NCBI GenBank assembly: GCA_039621445.1
Contig: CP154954.1
Coordinates: forward strand, 4,640,714 to 4,704,713
Direction: 5' to 3'
Source of the DNA: Euglena gracilis
Lineage: Eukaryota
DNA length: 64,000 bases
The translations under genes were made by a program, and so were the position numbers. The notes under the pieces were generated by a model. It did no database searches. It was not told where the DNA came from and was given only the letters and a program-made list of their open reading frames with translations. This document shows, one piece after another, positions 21,901-34,258 of this stretch. Every line of letters begins with the position of its first letter. Position 1 is the stretch's first letter.

Positions 21901-24598
21901 TTTGCTCTCGGACTTTTCCTTTGCTTCATTGTCGAGATATTTTGGAAACATCGATTTTTTTTTGAAGAAGAAAAAAACAGCCCCCCCCCAATGGCCGTTT
22001 TGGGCCGCAGAAGCGCGCTGGAACACGGGCCAGGCGTGTTGGCGGCCAAAACGGCGAAAGGGGGGCGATAGAGGGCCTCCGGGGGTGCAGTTCGTCAGTG
22101 GGACATTTCCGGAAATAATGTACGTTTTCTCAAGATATTTTCGAAAAATTGATTTTTGACCGATTTTTGAACCCCGGCGAAATGGCAGTCGGAAGGGGTG
22201 GCTGGCCGATCCTACCCAGTTTGGACCCCTTCGCGCGTGAATAACTCGGGCCTGGCGGGGAGTGGGGGTCAAACCCAGGTGATTTGGAAACTAGAAATCC
22301 AGTCGCTCGCGACTGAAAAAAAAAATCCGGGAACGGAGGCGGCATCATGGTGATAATCCGCTGGTTCCCGAGGTGGCCCCGTCCTGGGGGGGGGGAGGGC
22401 GGGTGGGGATCCGACCCCCCCTTTTCCCCAGGGGCAAGCTTCGCTCTTACCCATAAAGGGATAAAAGCTCAGCGACCCCCCCCCCCCCTAATTGGCTAAT
22501 TGGCCTGACGAGATTGGCCAATTTTGGCAAGGCCGCAAAAAGGGCCCAGAAAGCCTCGAAAATCGTCCGTTTTGAAAATGTCAAAGTTTGCCAGATAAGA
22601 AAAAGTTGTGACCAATCCAACTGTGCATAACATATCGACCAACTTTGCACAGATAAGAAATTGGGGGGGGGGTCCTCGAGCCCCCCCCCCCCTATTTGCC
22701 CCCCCTAATTGGCTAATTTTTGTCTGAAGGAGCCCGGGCATCAGCCAAATAGGAGGGGAGGCAGCCTTTTGGCACAAAATGACCACTTTAACCGAGTTAT
22801 ATGTCGTTCAAAGGTCGGGTCCAAGGTTACCCACCCGAATAGGCGACTAGCATTGCGACGCCCCGGTCCTCAAAATGAAAAACAACTCTGGTTGGAACCA
22901 ACGTTGCACTCTCAAATATGTTGCAAAATTGTGCAAAATGTTGATCGGGGACAAAAAATGTCCCCTCTCATCCTAAAACGGCGGCCCCTCATTTGACTTT
23001 CCTGCGTCGCCAACGTGGCCGGTGCCCTCAATGCCATCCACGCCTGCCAGGCTCTCATTCGATGCCGAAGCTGACCAGGTGGCTGCTGTTGTTGCTTGTG
23101 TTGGCCCCCCCCTGAAACATTTTTTTTTTCAGCCAGTGTGTTTTTTTTTTTTTGAGCCAGTCACCCTCCCCCCCCCCCCCCAGGCACTGGCTGACCTCCC
23201 CCCCCCCCCCCCCCGGAGTGGAAGACTGGGTTTTTCAGAGTGACTGATTGGTTTTTGGCCCGGACCCCCTCCCCCCCCAGGGGGGGGGTCGGCAAAAAAC
23301 CACAAAACTGACCCGGTGCCTTTTTTGCATGTTTTTTTTGGTCAATTTTCTTTTGGACCCCAGAGTCTAGAGAGTGGACCCCCCCTGGGGTAGTGACTGA
23401 CTGGTTTCCTGAAAAAAGTGGCTGACTGGTTTTTCAAAGAGTGGAGTGACCCCCCCTCCTGGGGGGTTGGTAAAAATTGTATGGGTGGGATAGACTGATG
23501 GGGGTGATTTGGCCCAAAGTCAAGCTTCTGGGACTTCTGAAGCCAATGCCCTTGCCCCCTCCCTCCCTCTCCTACAGTCTCGCCAGAGCGACGGCATGTT
23601 CCACCGTGCCGCATCATTCTCCTCCACCCCGCGGAATGATTCACTGAACCTTTTTGTCCCCCCCCCCCCCACGTGCTAAGAAAACCCTTCAAAGAGCTTT
23701 GGTCTCTGCGAAGTCACTGGGCTGATCTTCATCCTCCTGTCCTGGGAAACATTGTATTGACCCCTTCGCTGCTTTTACAACGCTTCAGGGCGACACAGAG
23801 TTGTTTGGGGGTTTATTCAGAGGCGATTTGTTGCCAGATCTAATCACTCTGAGTGGTGGAAGCTGGGGGTGTATGTTTTGTGCATATGTGTCTGAGACTC
23901 TTCAACGCTCAAAAGAAAGAGTGTATGTTACACCTGTGCTGCAGTTTGAACAAACATTGCAAAATCAAAATTTCGGGGGGGGGGACATGGTTTCCCCCTG
24001 CAATTCTCTTCTATGCTTTTCAACCTTGCAAGAGAGCCACCAAAGGCCAACTACATTTTCCGTGTTCTGAAATGTGAATTACGGTGGCTAGGAAAACCGC
24101 GGTCAAGCACATGAAATCAACAAACACCACAATTTTGAGCAGTTTTTCTCACCACATTTGCAAGATAGAGGTTTCCTGGTTGCGGCTGGCGTGGCCTGAA
24201 AAAGAATTAAAACAAAATGAAAATTACTATTTCCCCAAAATCAAAGTTTCAAATGTTTTATAATTGAAACCTTCCAATGTTTATCTCCTCGCACAATAAT
24301 ATAAATTTTGTATTTGGGTGGGATTCAAAAACCTTGATATGCTTTATATTTGTGTGGGAAAATCAAACTTCCGTGACCAAAAGCATATGTGTTTCCCAAT
24401 GCAATTCTGGACTCATTTTGCGCCATGTGTTCATGCAAATGCGAGCTAGTCACCATTTTTTGGAGCAAAATTGTCAAATTCATTGCCTAAAACAGTCACA
24501 AAATGGAAATTTTTTTCCGCGCTTTCTGGTATGGTGCAGCTGGCGCGGCACCAAGCGGCACTTACCAAGAGGGGGGGGGGGTTCATTTGGTCGCCAAT

Positions 24599-24702
24599 TA
24601 ACCCTAACCCTAACCCTAACCCTAACCCTAACCCTAACCCTAACCCTAACCCTGACCCAAACCCTAACCCTAACCCTGACCCTGACCCTAACCCAACCCT
24701 GA
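24599..24702 (+). repeat. Interstitial telomere-type tract (CCCTAA)n with CCCTGA variants
   Basis: About 17 hexamer units. Confidence 0.95.
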
Positions 24703-27700
24703 GGGATTTTTTTTACACTTGGGGAGTTTTGTATCCCGGGGGGTTATTTGGCGGGGTGTTTTGGGTGGTTTTGCGTTGAAGGGAGTTTCCTAGGCGCAGT
24801 GCTCGTCGTCCTCGCGACAAGAGACTGCCCAAATGGATCATCAAGCCCAACCGGGAGCCCTGGGTCCTGGCAGCCGACCTCGCCGCTCCAGCCCAGCCCC
24901 CAATCCCCTCCCGGCACACCACTGGGGCGGTGCCGCACTCAGGAGTTTTTTTTTTGACGACTGGGGGGTGGAGCTCCTACCCCGGGAAGTCAAGCTCAAT
25001 GGGAACCCCTCCCGGAGGAGGTTTTCACTGTTTTCTGTTCCAATTGCCAAAAAAAATTGCATGGTGGTTGTTGTGGGCCTCCAGGTCTGGAGAGCTCTTC
25101 CACAAGAAGGAGGAACGATAGGGCCTTTTGCAAATTGACCCGAACAAGGCCCCAGGGTTTCCCATGTATATCCCCGCATCCAGCTGAATTATTTGATTGT
25201 TTTGGTAAGCACCTGATCCTGGGCGCCCGCACCCAAGCGGTCCCCCTGCCAACAACATTTGTCGCCGCCAACCTACCCTCCCCCGGACCCCAAAAGTGAC
25301 CCCCAAAAGCCCCCCCCCCCCCCCCCGAGCTGTGGTGGATGCTGACCCTCCCATTGGACTCCAAAACAGCCCCTGGCCGCGACGCCAGCCTCCGCCTTCG
25401 CCAGCGCCTCCTCCCTGGCAGCGATCCCACGCCCCTGCTCCGCCTGACGGGATCCATCTCAAAGTCCGGCACTGCGGCACAGCGCATACCCCCCCCCCCC
25501 CCCAGAAGTGTTCAAGTCATTTTCCCACCAACTGTTCGAGAACTCCTGCCCTTCGAGGTGGGGCTGATATCTCCCATACTGACATTACGTGTCAGGTGCA
25601 GGTAGCGCAAACTCTACACTGCATGTTTGATTCCACCCCGGCATGGTCCCTATTTGGCTAATGCCCGGGATTCCACTCCTTCAGGATTCCAATTAGCCAA
25701 TTAGGGGGGGGGGACAATTAGGGGGGGGGGGGCTCAAGGACCCCTCCCCCCTGATTTCTTACAAGTGCAAAATTGGTCGATTTTTTGTGCACAGCGGGAT
25801 TGGTCATGACTTTTCTTATCCGACAAATTTTGAATTTTCGATACGGACGCTTTTGGAGGTTTTCTGAGCCCTTTTCGCGGCCTATCTGAAATTGGCCGGT
25901 CTTGTTCCGGAGGCCAATTAGCCAGTTGGGGGGTGGGTTCAAAAAGGGGGGTCCCTTCCTGACGTGAAGGTGTGTTTTTTTTCTTCTTCACCCGGACCCC
26001 ATTCTTACCGCCCTTTGCTGATTGTTATGATTGGGTCTAGCCATATTGACTCACAATTAGGGACCCCGGGGGGGGGGAAGGGTGGGTTGGTTGGTCCGCT
26101 GGACCCCCCGGGGGTACCCCCTTGTGGGTCCTCTACCGGAGGTGGGGTTCAGGCTTTTGCTTAAGGGATTGCAGCACCCCCCCCCCAGGAGGGGGGGCTG
26201 GGCTGCAGCTAGTCCAAATTTGGCTAGTGGGATTTCTAGCAGACCCTTGGGGGGGGGTCTGCTAGCAGGGCTAGCAGGGCTAGCAGGGCTAGCTAGTGGA
26301 ATTTTTTTTTCCAGTGACCGGTGCGAAGCGCCGGAAATTTTTTTTGGGACCCCCAAAAATGGCCAAAAATGCCCGTTTCTGGCCATTTTTGGGAATTTCT
26401 GGAACAAAATCAGCCAAAAACCTCTTAAAAACCTCATTTCCACCTTGGTGCGCAGCGACGGAGGAATTTTTTTTTTCAGTGGGGGGACCCCCGACCCCCT
26501 CGGGGGGGGGGGTCCTGGCTAGTCCATTTTTTCCAGTGTCTAGCCGATTGTCTAGCCATAACCCCCCCCACGGGGTCCTTAAGCAAAAATCTGGTGGGGT
26601 TTCACCTATTTTGGCCTTTTTTTTGGCGTGAAGTGCCGAAAATTTTTTGATTGCAAATTTTCCCAGATTGCCCAGAAAACACGCCTCAATACATATTTCC
26701 CCTTAATTTCAGTTTTTTTTTCCCTGCCTGAAGAGCAATTTGGCGTTCTCATTTCATTGGTTCAAAGGCTTTCAGAAGCATTGAAATAATCCCCCCTGCA
26801 ACACACTTGCAAAGAAAACATAAGAACAAAAAATTTCCTTGTGGAAGCGGTGTACCTTCACTCCCCCCCCCCACAGATTGGCCACCCTTAGGCGCTTGGA
26901 CCTCCAAATGGCTGCTGTCGTCGCCAATTTGCGATTATCCTGGCCTTCTTTTTTGTTGAAAATATGGGAGCATTGGTGACGATGCGGACACTTCTTTCAG
27001 ATTGCTGGATGCTTAATGCTTTTTTTAAGCATTTTGAAGATTTTGGGACTTGGGCTTTCAATAAACTTGTATCCCAGCAAAACTCGTGAAATTGTTATGC
27101 CCCAGGATGTGCCAGAGTGCTGCCCATGAACGGTGAGAGACCGAGTGCTGCCGAAGTTCTTGCCAGGGTCATAATCTATTGGCTCTGTGGAAACACCATC
27201 GCCGTCACCCCCCCCCCCCCAAAGTGGCAACCCTCCAGGCACCGTGGGACCCCAAAATGGCGGGTCAAATATTGGACTTCAGCGCCTTTGGTGCCGAAGG
27301 AAAATGGCCATTTTGAGGCGGGTGAACCAAAATTTGCCAAAAATATTTGGCCACTTGGGGGGGGGACATTTTAAGGGGTGGGGTGAGGGTAGTTTCATCC
27401 TGCTTCTCGACCTTTTGGTGCTGGTTTGCAATGTCAAGGCAGGGCATTGCCACCTCTTGTGTGTTAGTTTGCCAAGTATGCCGCCGATGGGCCGATCTTT
27501 TTGGAGGACAGCATTTTAATTGTAACAAAAAAAGCAGGATGACCCTGAGACAGCCGGGAACACGGGTAGCCTCGGAGCAAAAGAGACCAGAACTTAAAAA
27601 CTTTTTATGAGACGTATCTCACACTGCAGTCAGTATGACCCAGTGGTTGGGCTTCAGGTGCGACGTTTGGTCTGCATCACTACCCCGACATTGCTGTCAT

Positions 27701-28384
27701 TAAATAGAATTCACATTTTTTGTGCTTTTTGTGTCATGTTTTTTTGAGGGCCACAGTCCAGGGGTAGGTCTGTGCCCTCAACCCCGCCGCCCTTTGCCCA
27801 GCAGAGCAGAGGTGTGCCTCAGACCGCTGGGATGACTCAGAGGTCTCATGTGGCTCGTCTCCCCAGCCCCAGCCCAGCAACACCGCCAAGCGAGCCGGCT
27901 GGGTTTGGGGTGGCGCCACTGCTTGGCGGCGCCACTGGGCCCATAAGGGTTCCCATCGTGCAGCCCTGGTTCTTCAAAAGAATACCAGTTTTTCAGCCAT
28001 CCACACTCTTCACAGATATGTTGTAATAATATGCATAATATATACACATAGTATATACATACATATATATATATACATGAAATATATATGTGCATATATA
28101 TGTATACATACATAGAAACATATGTATACATATATATGTACATACACACATATTCATAAATCTGTATGCATATACAGATATCCGACAGCCTCATACTAGT
28201 GCCACTGGTGTGACGGGGGGGGGGTATGGCAACCCCCGCCCCTGCATCATACGAGTGCCGCTGAGCGATTTTGGCCGGTTCTCCCTCCGACCCAATGATC
28301 CTGTGATCCCACGACCCCATGATCCCGCCTGGGGAATGCCGGTTGTTTCCGCCGCGGGGAGGCGAGTTCCACACACCCTCAGTA

Positions 28385-28813
28385 AACCCCCCCCCAATTA
28401 GAAGCCCCCCGGGGCTACTATTCGGTCACTCTGCGGAAAACCCGAGGGGGGGGCTTCTAATTGGGTACCCTTTGTCTAAAGGAAAAACTTCGGCCGACGG
28501 TCGATCCGGGGATCGAACGGGGTCCAAGTTTAAAAAATTGCAAGACGCATTTATTCAGTTTTTGGGTGGATAGGCCATGTTTCAAGGATACTGGATATCA
28601 CTTTTGTTCCCAATGTCGACCTTTTTTCGTGGAGAATTTTCGTGTTTTTTCACCATTTTTCGGAAATTTTTTCGTCAAATTTCCCCCCGGCTTCGCCGGG
28701 GGGAGGGGGGGCTGTTATTTGGATTTTTGGCGGGAAACCTGAGGGGGGGGGGGCTTCTATTTGGGGGGGGTTGTTATTTGGGGGGGGGGGCTTCTAATTG
28801 GGGGGGGGGGGGT
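28385..28813. mobile_element. C/G-tract MITE with aattagaagccc motifs
   Basis: Inverted termini; empty site at ~57780 in the duplicate block. Confidence 0.75.
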
Positions 28814-29932
28814 TAAAGGGATTGGGGTCAGGGTCAGGAATCGGGTTAGAATAGGGATTTGAGGCCGAAGTCAGACCAGACTGAAATCCCAGAACTAAAA
28901 CAGGCCTAAAATGAGGCCTCACCTGCGGCCAAAAAATCCTCAAATTTAATTGCAACCCTAATCCTATCCTCATCATTGACGCCACTTTTCTCATCTGGCA
29001 TTTGGATGTGCTCCAGAAAAAGTTACAGTTAAAGTAATTTCGGAGCCCCCGAAATTGGGTTACGGTGCATTATACAACACAGGCCCAGACCCCTGTCACA
29101 CTAGTCCCCCCCCCCTTTTCAGAGTGCAAGCGATCTGTGTGGTTTTCTTTTAAATCAAATTTGATGTTGTCAAACCATTAACTCAATGGGGGGGGGGTTC
29201 AAGTTCATGCTCCGGCTGGTTGGCCCAGTTGAAGGGTGATTGTTCTCTGCCCATTTTCTTCTTCCCCAAAATTTTTTGTTGACCAGCTCACCTTCCGAAA
29301 GTCATCTGGCCTGGAATCCGGGCTGTTCCCATCACAGGGCCCAAACCTGTCCCCTGCTCCACCAATGCTGTCAGTCTCCCTGCCCCTTTCGTGCATGACC
29401 CATACTCCTTTAAAGGTCCCTGGCCTCCTGCGCCAGTCTGCAACTGGTGCAGGGGTTTTCTTGAGCTGGAGGTGGCCCTACCCCCGGGGGGCGATCCAGC
29501 CAGCCAGCATTTTTCCCCAGCCAGCAGCTACCAGCTGGGCTTCAGACCCCCCCTCCCCCAGAGCGGGGGACTGCAAAATACTTCCGGCCAGTATGTCTGT
29601 CATTGAAACCGTGCCTGTGGTATTTTGCCTTTATTTGTCAATTGGTTTTTGCTAATGAGTCATGTGGTGTTTGTTTTTGAATTTGTTTTTAAGTTTCGGC
29701 CCGATAGTATTGTTTCAGGCCCCGAAGGCACAAGCAACGCCCTCACCCATCCCAGATACGTTGATTGTGAAGTGCGGGAGATTCAAACACCAAAAGCATT
29801 TTTTTTTCCATTTCCAAACCCAAACCAGTCCAGAATTGAGTGACCCTGATGCACAAAAAAAATCCAAAAACAGGGTCAATCAGAGGGTCCAGGTTTCAAG
29901 ACGACCAATTTTTTTTTTCAAAGGATGCACTA

Positions 29933-31748
29933 CCCCCCCCCCCCTAGTCGTACAACCACCCCTCATTTACGACCACCCCCCGGTCACAGGTTGCAGGTCA
30001 TGGGGGTGTTATGACCCCCCCCCGTTCACAGGTTGCAGGTTGCGAAAAATTTAACACCACCTTACCTACGATCGCCCCCTCATTTACGACCACCCCCCGG
30101 TCACAGGTTGCAGGTTATGGGGGTGTTACGACCAAGTACCTCTGATGATGCTGGGCGATGCTGGGCGATGCAGGGCGATGCTGGGCGATGCTGGGCGATG
30201 CTGGAATTTTGGAGACCAGAGGTGGGGTTCCGATGCTGGGTGATGCTGGGCGATGCAGGGCGATACTGGGCGATGCTGGGCGATGCTGGCATTTTTTTTG
30301 TACATTTTGAAGATTTAAACCCATTTCTGGGATAATTTCCCCACAATTCTCCAGTCTTGCACCCATTTTGGCCATTATGGATCAATTTTTGCTAATTTGG
30401 GGGTTATTTGTCACTGAGTTGGCAAATATTAGGCTAATTTGGGTCAATATGAGCGCATTTTATGGCATTTTGGGCCATTTTGTGCCTTTGTGGTAGTTTT
30501 GGGTCATTTTTCACAATCTTTTGGCGTTTTTTGGGTATTTTTTTTGGTCATTTGAAGCATTTTAGGTCATTTTGGTTGCTTTTTGGGGGCTTTTTGTGGT
30601 CAATTTTGGGTTTTTGTGGTCATTTTTGGGTTTTTGTGGTTATTTTGGCTAGGTTGGGTGCCAATGGATGAATACTGGACAGACTCTGGACAAGATGCAG
30701 ATGCTGGACAAGATGCAGCCGTTGGACAATGTGTACATACCAGACAAGATGCCGATGCTGGGCAAGATGAAGTGGATGCAGATACTGGACAACATGCAGA
30801 TGGTGGACAAGATGCAGATGCTGATAAGATGCCGATGCTGGACAAGGTGCCGATGCTGTACAAGGTGCAGATGCTGGACAAGATGCAAATGCTGGACAAC
30901 ATGCAGATGCTGGACAAGATGCAGATGCTGGACAAGAAGCAGATACAGGACAAGATGAAGTGGATGCAGACACTGGACAACGTTGCAGATACTGAGAAGA
31001 TGCCGATGCTGGACAAGGTGCAGATGGTGGACAAGATGCAGATGGTGGACAAAATGCCGATGCTGGACAAGGTGAAGATGCTGGACAAGATGCAGATGGT
31101 GGACAAGGTGCAGATGCTGGACAACGCCACTTTGCTGTGTCCTTCCTTGGTTGTTGTTGGCAAAGGTGGGCAAAGGTGGTCAAACAGGAACAAAAGTGGT
31201 CAAAAAGCAGCAAAAGCGATCAAAAAGCAGCAACAATGGCCAAAAGTGGGCAAAAAGTAGCAAACGTGGGCAAAAGTGGTCAAAAAGCAGCAAAAGTTGT
31301 CAAAAAGTGGTCAAAAAGCAGGCAAAGGTGGTCAAAAGTGGTCAAAAAGCAGCAAAAGTGATCAAAAAGCCGCAAAGGTGGTTGGAAATAGGCAAAAGTG
31401 GGCAAAAAGCAGTAAAAGTGGTCAAGAAGCAGTCAAAATTGGTCAAAAGGCAGCAAATGTGGGCAAAAGTGTTCAAAAAGCAGTCACAGTGGTCAAAGAG
31501 CAACCAAAGATAGCCAAAAGTAGCCAAAAGTGGGCGAGAGCGGCAAAAGCAGCAGTCATAAAAGGTACACCTTCAAGGGCTCCAAAGACGGTGCTGGGCG
31601 ATGCTGGGCGATGCTGGACGATGCTGGGCGATGCTTGGCGATGCTGGGTGATGCTGGACCCAGGGGCATGGATGACCAGAGGTGCTTGGTTACGACCCCC
31701 CCCCTGGTCACAGGTTCCAAGAACCCGGTCGTACGACAAGGGGGGGGG
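29933..31748. mobile_element. 1.8-kb TA-flanked non-autonomous TIR element filled with minisatellites
   Basis: TA|ccccc..gtcgtacaacc ... ggtcgtacgacaagggggggg|TA, absent at ~58965. It contains (gatgctgggc)n, an 18-bp (gatgcagatgctggacaa)n array at 30685-31125 and ~10-bp caaaagtggt repeats at 31160-31555. Confidence 0.82.
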
Positions 31749-34030
31749 TACGTAGAAAAGTGTCAAAAACCATGATGGAAGTTAACTCTGCCTAAGATTG
31801 TCACTGGGGGGGGGGGGCTTGAAAGGGAATAATTGTTGTGGGAAAATTTTTCTGCACGAAATTTTGACCAGGATTTTTCCCACCATTTTAAGGATCCATC
31901 CAGGATTTTTTCGGCAAATTTAAGAAAAATCCAATTTCCTCCAGTGAACACTTAAAATTTTTTCTTCGACGCTTCGCCCAATTTCTGGAATGTATTTTTG
32001 TTCCAAATCACCTATTCGGAATGTATTGATCTTTCAAAATGAAAGAATGCGTTTTTTTTTTTGCTTTTTTTTGCAGTTTTGGACTTGAATATTTTACCAG
32101 CATTTTGATTTTGGGTTTGTGAAAACCTCAGGATTTGGTGAATTCTCTTGTGTTTCCCTGAAACAGTGGCTTCACAAGATTTTTTTTGTCCAGGTTTTTA
32201 CCGACCATTTTCAGTGAGCTTTTCATAATGTTTCCGTCATTTTAAGGATTTGCCAATATTTTTCCCAACAGAGTTTTTCCTGTCAGCAATTGTTCCCGGT
32301 CAGTTTCTCCCCCCCAGTACAGGACAGGCCAGCAGGTTCAGGGGTAGGAGACATTTCGCTGCCGACCCCCCCCCCCCCCGCACCCATCTTCCGAGGGTGG
32401 GTCCAGCCAGCCATCAGCCCTCAGCCAAGCAGCCTTTTTCCAGCCCTGGACCCCCCTCCCCCATCGACGAGTTTAATTTCCAAGCTCTGCAGCTGCCCAA
32501 AGACTGGGCGGTAACGGGTTTACGGTGAAGCACCAATTTCATTTGCAGAATTGGCAGTTTTTTTTTTTGGTGGTTTCTGCATTTTCGATTTTTTTTTTGG
32601 TACCCAGCTCTACCCTGGATCGGGCCCACTTCCAGACAGGGAACCCGTTGGGAGGGGGGTTAGCCTGCAGCCTTCCTTTCAGCCCGCCCAAATTTTCCAT
32701 CCTCTGAGCTGAAATAGAGTTGCAAAGCCAGGATGTACAGACATTTGTTGAAAAATTGGGATAAAAATGGTTAAAAAAATGGCATTTCCGAGGGTTTTTT
32801 TGGGTTTGGGTTAGACACCCGGCCTGGCAGGTGGCCAGACCCCCCCTGGACCAGGCCTGAGCTTGAGAGTTTGCAATCCCCCCGGGACCCTTCCTGCCCA
32901 CCACCTGTGGCGTTTCTGGGATCCGTTCATTTCCCGGGAAACGCCAACAGAAACGTCCAGGACGCTCCCGCCTTGGTCCCCAGAACGGCAGTCGGTTCGG
33001 GAGGGGGCTTGAGGTGGCAGGGCAGAGCCACTTGATCATCCGCGTGCTTAATCATGAAGATATGGGGGGATTTTGGACGAGGCTTGTGCTCAGTCGGGTG
33101 CCTACCCCACGGGGGGGGGTGCTAGGGACAGGCACCCCATAGCACCCGATCTGACCCCCCGGGGGGGGAGGGGGGTGGGTTTTGTGGGGTGCCTGCCCCT
33201 AGCAGGCACCCCCCTCCGACCCCGACGCCGAATGCGCCGGGGGCCAGGAAAAGGCCATTTTCAATGAAAAATTTCTGGGTCCCCCCGGATCCCCCCGGGG
33301 GTGTGCCTACTAGGGGCAGGCACCCTACAGCACCCACCCACCCCCCTCCCCCCCCAGTAAGTCGGGGGGGGGGGGTCGGTAAGCACAAGCATGTTTTGGA
33401 CCCCCCCCACGTCCTCACTGGGGGAAGCTCCCTTTCATCCGCTGCCACAGTTGGATGCCAGGGACCACCCCAAAGGTCCGTGCATCATTGCCTGAACCTG
33501 CTTTCTCCGGTGTCAACTTCCCATGGTGCCTAACCTCATCCCAACGAAGGCGGGTATCTCCTAACCGGCCAGTGGAATTTCTTGAGAACCCCCCACCCTG
33601 GTCTGCTTGCAGCTCCAGCTGTAGAAAAAAGGTTTTCCCTCAACCGGTGTGGAGCGCCAGAAATTTTATTGACACCATCCAGAAACACCTTTTTTTTTTT
33701 GGTATTTCGGGTTTTTGGGGGGGGGGCAAATTGGCAAAACAAAAAGCATGTCCCACTGTTGCGACCATGTCCCAAACACAAAACAACATTGCAACCTGCT
33801 GGACCACTCTCTTGCAGGCAATGGATTGTGCTTGGGCGTCTAATGCCACTAGTCGCTGCGAAAAGAGACAGGTTATTCGCTCTTAGCTGTGGTTGCTTTC
33901 GTTTGGCTTCCCACCCCATTCTTCCCCCTCTGCTCTCTCGCTTTCCCTCCTCCCCCTCGACGCACAGTGAGTTGTTTGCGACGGGAGGGCAGGGTCTGAT
34001 CAACTTGCTACTTGCCACAGCCAGCACATA

Positions 34031-34258
34031 CAGGGGGGGGGGATGCAACTTGCATAATTTGCATTTTTTTCATAAAATATTTTGCCCTGGAAATTTTTTT
34101 TGATTTTAGGCAGCAAAGCTCTGTCATATTCCAGCTTTTTCTCATGGTTTTCATGCAAGTTGCATTTTTTGCATTTTTTTGCATTTTTTTTTGCATTTTT
34201 TTGCATTTTTTTTTTTGACTTGCATAATTTGAAGGGCCAAGTTGCATCCCCCCCCCTG
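34031..34258. mobile_element. MITE with CAGGGGGG..ATGCAACTTG TIR and 7-bp TSD GCACATA
   Basis: TSD at 34024-34030 and 34259-34265; empty site at ~62524. Confidence 0.85.
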
